Source: Burkholderiaceae bacterium
Lineage (GTDB): Bacteria; Pseudomonadota; Gammaproteobacteria; Burkholderiales; Burkholderiaceae_D
Assembly (NCBI GenBank): GCA_031291325.1
Contig: JARLJG010000034.1
Location: 3,141-67,140 of the forward strand
Length of the DNA: 64,000 bases
Reading direction: 5' to 3'
Both the position numbers and the translations under genes were made by a program. Shown here one piece after another: positions 61,514-64,000 of this stretch; position 1 is the first letter of the stretch, and every line of letters starts with the position of its first letter. The notes under the pieces were generated by a model that worked only from the letters and a program-made list of their open reading frames with translations, searched no databases and was not told the DNA's origin.

Positions 61514-62116
61514 ATGCCAAAAGTTTGTGAGTATTATTTCGCTCCGCAATCGCCGTTTGCCTATCTGGGCCACGCGCGGTTCGTCGCGCTGGCCAAACAG
61601 TACGGTGTGCAGATCGACCTCAAGCCATGCGACATGGGAAAAATCTTCAGCGTCTCGGGCGGTTTGCCGCTGGCCAAGCGCGCGCCGCAGCGACAGGCAT
61701 ATCGCTTGCTGGAGTTGCAGCGTTGGAGCGAATTTCTAGGCCAGCCGCTGAACCCGCAACCGAAGTTCTTCCCGGTATCGGGCGACTTGGCGGCGAAACT
61801 GATTATCGCCGCGCAACTGGCGCACGGCACCAATACTGCCTTGGAATTGACTGGCGCAATCATGGCGGCAGCCTGGGCCGAAGAAAAGAATATCGCCGAC
61901 AACGACACGCTGGCAGGCATCGCTGCGACGCTCGAACTGGACGGCAAGTCGCTGCTGAAATCGGCAGAAACCGCCAGCATCCAGACCGTGTACGACCAGC
62001 ATACCGACCAGGCGATTGCCGCCAACGTGTTCGGCGCGCCCTGGTTCATCGTCGACGGCGAAGGATACTGGGGCCAGGATAGGCTCGATTTTGTCGAACG
62101 GGCATTTGCCAAGTAA
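61514..62116 (+). CDS. 2-hydroxychromene-2-carboxylate isomerase (DsbA-like thioredoxin fold)
   Basis: ...YFAPQSPFAYLGH...ANVFGAPWFIVDGEGYWGQDRLDFVERA... are family-typical termini. Confidence 0.82.
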   Translation: MPKVCEYYFAPQSPFAYLGHARFVALAKQYGVQIDLKPCDMGKIFSVSGGLPLAKRAPQRQAYRLLELQRWSEFLGQPLNPQPKFFPVSGDLAAKLIIAAQLAHGTNTALELTGAIMAAAWAEEKNIADNDTLAGIAATLELDGKSLLKSAETASIQTVYDQHTDQAIAANVFGAPWFIVDGEGYWGQDRLDFVERAFAK

Positions 62117-62178
62117 ATTTGATTTTTTATTGACGATGATCGCAGACAGATCATCTACTAACGGAAAAAGGGTACTCC

Positions 62179-63405
62179 ATGTCACATCCGATGTCTCATC
62201 CATATTCTTATTTTTGCCCCTGCCCGCGCGGCCTGGAAGCAGCGCTGGCGGAAGAGCTGGGCGAAATCGCCCTGCAAGGCACGACGCTGAAGGTGCACAA
62301 CCAGGTGCCGGGCGGCGTCCATTGCTCCGGCGTTTTGACGGACGCCTACCGCATCAACCTGCATTCGCGCATCGCTTCCCGCGTGCTGTTGCGCATCGCC
62401 CATTCCGGCTATGTCAACGAAAACGACATCTACGACTTGACCTTGGCGCAGACCTGGGAAGACTGGTTCAGCGTGCATCACACGATCCGCATCGACGTGA
62501 CCGCGATCAAGTCGCCGCTGCGCAGCCTGGAATTCACGACGCTGAAGATCAAGGATGCGATTTGCGACCGCTTCCGCGAGCAGTTTTCCGAGCGCCCTTC
62601 GGTCGATACCAAGACGCCGGACATGCGCATCGTCGGCTTTCTCGACGCCCGCAATTTCACGCTGTACCTGGATACCTCGGGCGAGGCACTGTTCAAGCGC
62701 GGCTGGCGGTTGGAAACCGGCGACGCGCCGCTGCGCGAGAATCTGGCTGCCGGCTTGCTGCGCGTGGCCGGCTGGAAACCCGGCATGGTGTTGTTCGACC
62801 CGATGTGCGGCTCCGGCACCATCCTGGCCGAAGCGGCGCAAATGCTGGCCGGCATTCCGCCCGGCGCGCACCGCGAATTCGCGTTCGAGAAATTTCACGA
62901 CTTCGATGCCGCCCAATGGCAGGCGATGAAAGGCGCGGTCAAGCCGCATCCGCTGCCGGATGCGCCGACGATTTTCGGCAGCGACATTTCCGGCGACATG
63001 ATCGTGATGGCGCGCAATAATCTGAACAAGGCCGGCATCCGGTTCGAGGTGCCGTTGAAGCAAATCGAAGCGCAGGAAGTCAAGGCGCCCAGCGAAACGC
63101 CGGGCATCATGTTGACCAATCCGCCGTATGGCGAGCGCATCGGTGTGCGCGGCGATGCCACGCTGGAAACCGACGAATTGGCGAAGGCGTTTTTCAGCGC
63201 GTTCGGCACCACCTTGAAGCAACGCTTCGCCGGCTGGTCGGTGTTCCTGTTTTCCGCCGACCTCGGTTTGCCCAAGCTGTTGCGCTTGAAGGAAGCGCGC
63301 AAGACGCCTTTCTTCAACGGCGCGCTGGAATGCCGCTTGTTCCGCTTCGACATGGTGGCCGGCTATAACCGGCGCGAAGAAGCCAAGCCGAAGCCGGCGG
63401 CGTGA
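62179..63405 (+). CDS. THUMP-domain class I SAM-dependent RNA methyltransferase (RlmL/K-like, UPF0020)
   Basis: ...FCPCPRGLEAALAEEL...DPMCGSGTILAEAA...MLTNPPYGERIG.... The (D/N)PPY motif and THUMP layout are present. Confidence 0.85.
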   Translation: MSHPMSHPYSYFCPCPRGLEAALAEELGEIALQGTTLKVHNQVPGGVHCSGVLTDAYRINLHSRIASRVLLRIAHSGYVNENDIYDLTLAQTWEDWFSVHHTIRIDVTAIKSPLRSLEFTTLKIKDAICDRFREQFSERPSVDTKTPDMRIVGFLDARNFTLYLDTSGEALFKRGWRLETGDAPLRENLAAGLLRVAGWKPGMVLFDPMCGSGTILAEAAQMLAGIPPGAHREFAFEKFHDFDAAQWQAMKGAVKPHPLPDAPTIFGSDISGDMIVMARNNLNKAGIRFEVPLKQIEAQEVKAPSETPGIMLTNPPYGERIGVRGDATLETDELAKAFFSAFGTTLKQRFAGWSVFLFSADLGLPKLLRLKEARKTPFFNGALECRLFRFDMVAGYNRREEAKPKPAA

Positions 63406-63484
63406 ACCGTATTCCGCGCGCGGCCTTGGCAGCGAAATGCCGTTTAAGGTACGCTATCTTATTCATCACATGCTGGAGAGCATC

Positions 63485-64000
63485 ATGACGCAAACGAATA
63501 TTGGACTTCCACAGCTTGCCGACGCCGCACTGTTGCGCAATCAAGCTTACCTGAACGGCGCCTGGATCGACGCCGACAAAACCTTCGCCGTGCATAATCC
63601 GGCCAACGGCGCATTGATCGGCCATGTGCCGAATCTGGGCGGCGACCAGGCGCAAGCCGCAATCGCCGCCGCTGCGGCGGCTTTGCCCGCATGGTCGGCC
63701 AAGACCGGCAAGGAGCGCGCGGCGGTGTTGCGCAAATGGTTCGATCTGATGATCGCCCATGCCGACGATCTGGCCGCGCTGATGACTGCCGAACAGGGCA
63801 AGCCCTTGGCCGAAGCCAAGGGCGAAGTCGTCTACGGCGCCAGCTTCGTCGAGTGGTTTGCCGAAGAAGCCAAGCGGGTCAGCGGCGACGTGATGGCATC
63901 GACCTGGAGCGACAAGCGCATGGTGGTGCTCAAGCAGCCGATCGGCGTGTGCGCATCGATCACGCCGTGGAATTTCCCGATTGCGATGATTACCCGCAAG
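63485..64000 (+). CDS. gabD: NAD(P)-dependent succinate-semialdehyde dehydrogenase (5' part; runs off the window)
   Basis: RBS GGAGAG, then the ATG at 63485. MTQTNIGLPQLADAALLRNQAYLNGAWIDADKTFAVHNPANG...ITPWNFPIAMITRK is the GabD/aldehyde dehydrogenase N-terminus. Confidence 0.88.
   Translation, partial: MTQTNIGLPQLADAALLRNQAYLNGAWIDADKTFAVHNPANGALIGHVPNLGGDQAQAAIAAAAAALPAWSAKTGKERAAVLRKWFDLMIAHADDLAALMTAEQGKPLAEAKGEVVYGASFVEWFAEEAKRVSGDVMASTWSDKRMVVLKQPIGVCASITPWNFPIAMITRK

Overview
The window is a 64 kb chromosomal segment, about 58-60% GC by eye. Gene content and order (sucDC-DUF2889-recX-recA, grpE-dnaK-dnaJ, hda-HAD-pcnB-folK-dNK-panB, leuS-lptE-holA, fur/bamE/dapB) fit a betaproteobacterium of the Burkholderiales, possibly Oxalobacteraceae. 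The taxon is a guess from synteny only. Most of the window is housekeeping. It also carries a two-component system with a DUF4212/sodium:solute symporter pair, a circularly permuted ATP-grasp/alpha-E pair with a distant Anbu proteasome-like peptidase, and a Liv-type ABC transporter. Several small accessory insertions are embedded in this backbone.

The standout is one 1,419-codon gene (4433-8692) next to recA. It encodes a STAND/NLR-like protein with an MTAN/PNP-type nucleosidase-like domain, a NACHT P-loop NTPase, a pentapeptide-repeat segment and eight near-identical 126-bp WD40 units. I read it as a candidate single-gene antiphage NLR with a nucleotide-degrading effector.

Other points:
- A 1.4 kb low-GC islet at the purM 3' end is bounded by imperfect direct repeats of the purM terminus. 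It carries an atypical ParE module and an orphan membrane protein.
- A second lower-GC islet lies between hrcA and fur (WecD-like GNAT, small ORF, Phd/ParE).
- An overlapping RHH plus coiled-coil gene pair lies between hemH and recN.
- An orphan barstar gene follows exbBD.
- An in-frame TAG truncates panB.
- A MITE/REP-like palindromic repeat family has three copies.
- Several long hairpins are present.

All domain calls come from reading motifs in the supplied translations. No database search was run, and most start codons are inferred.
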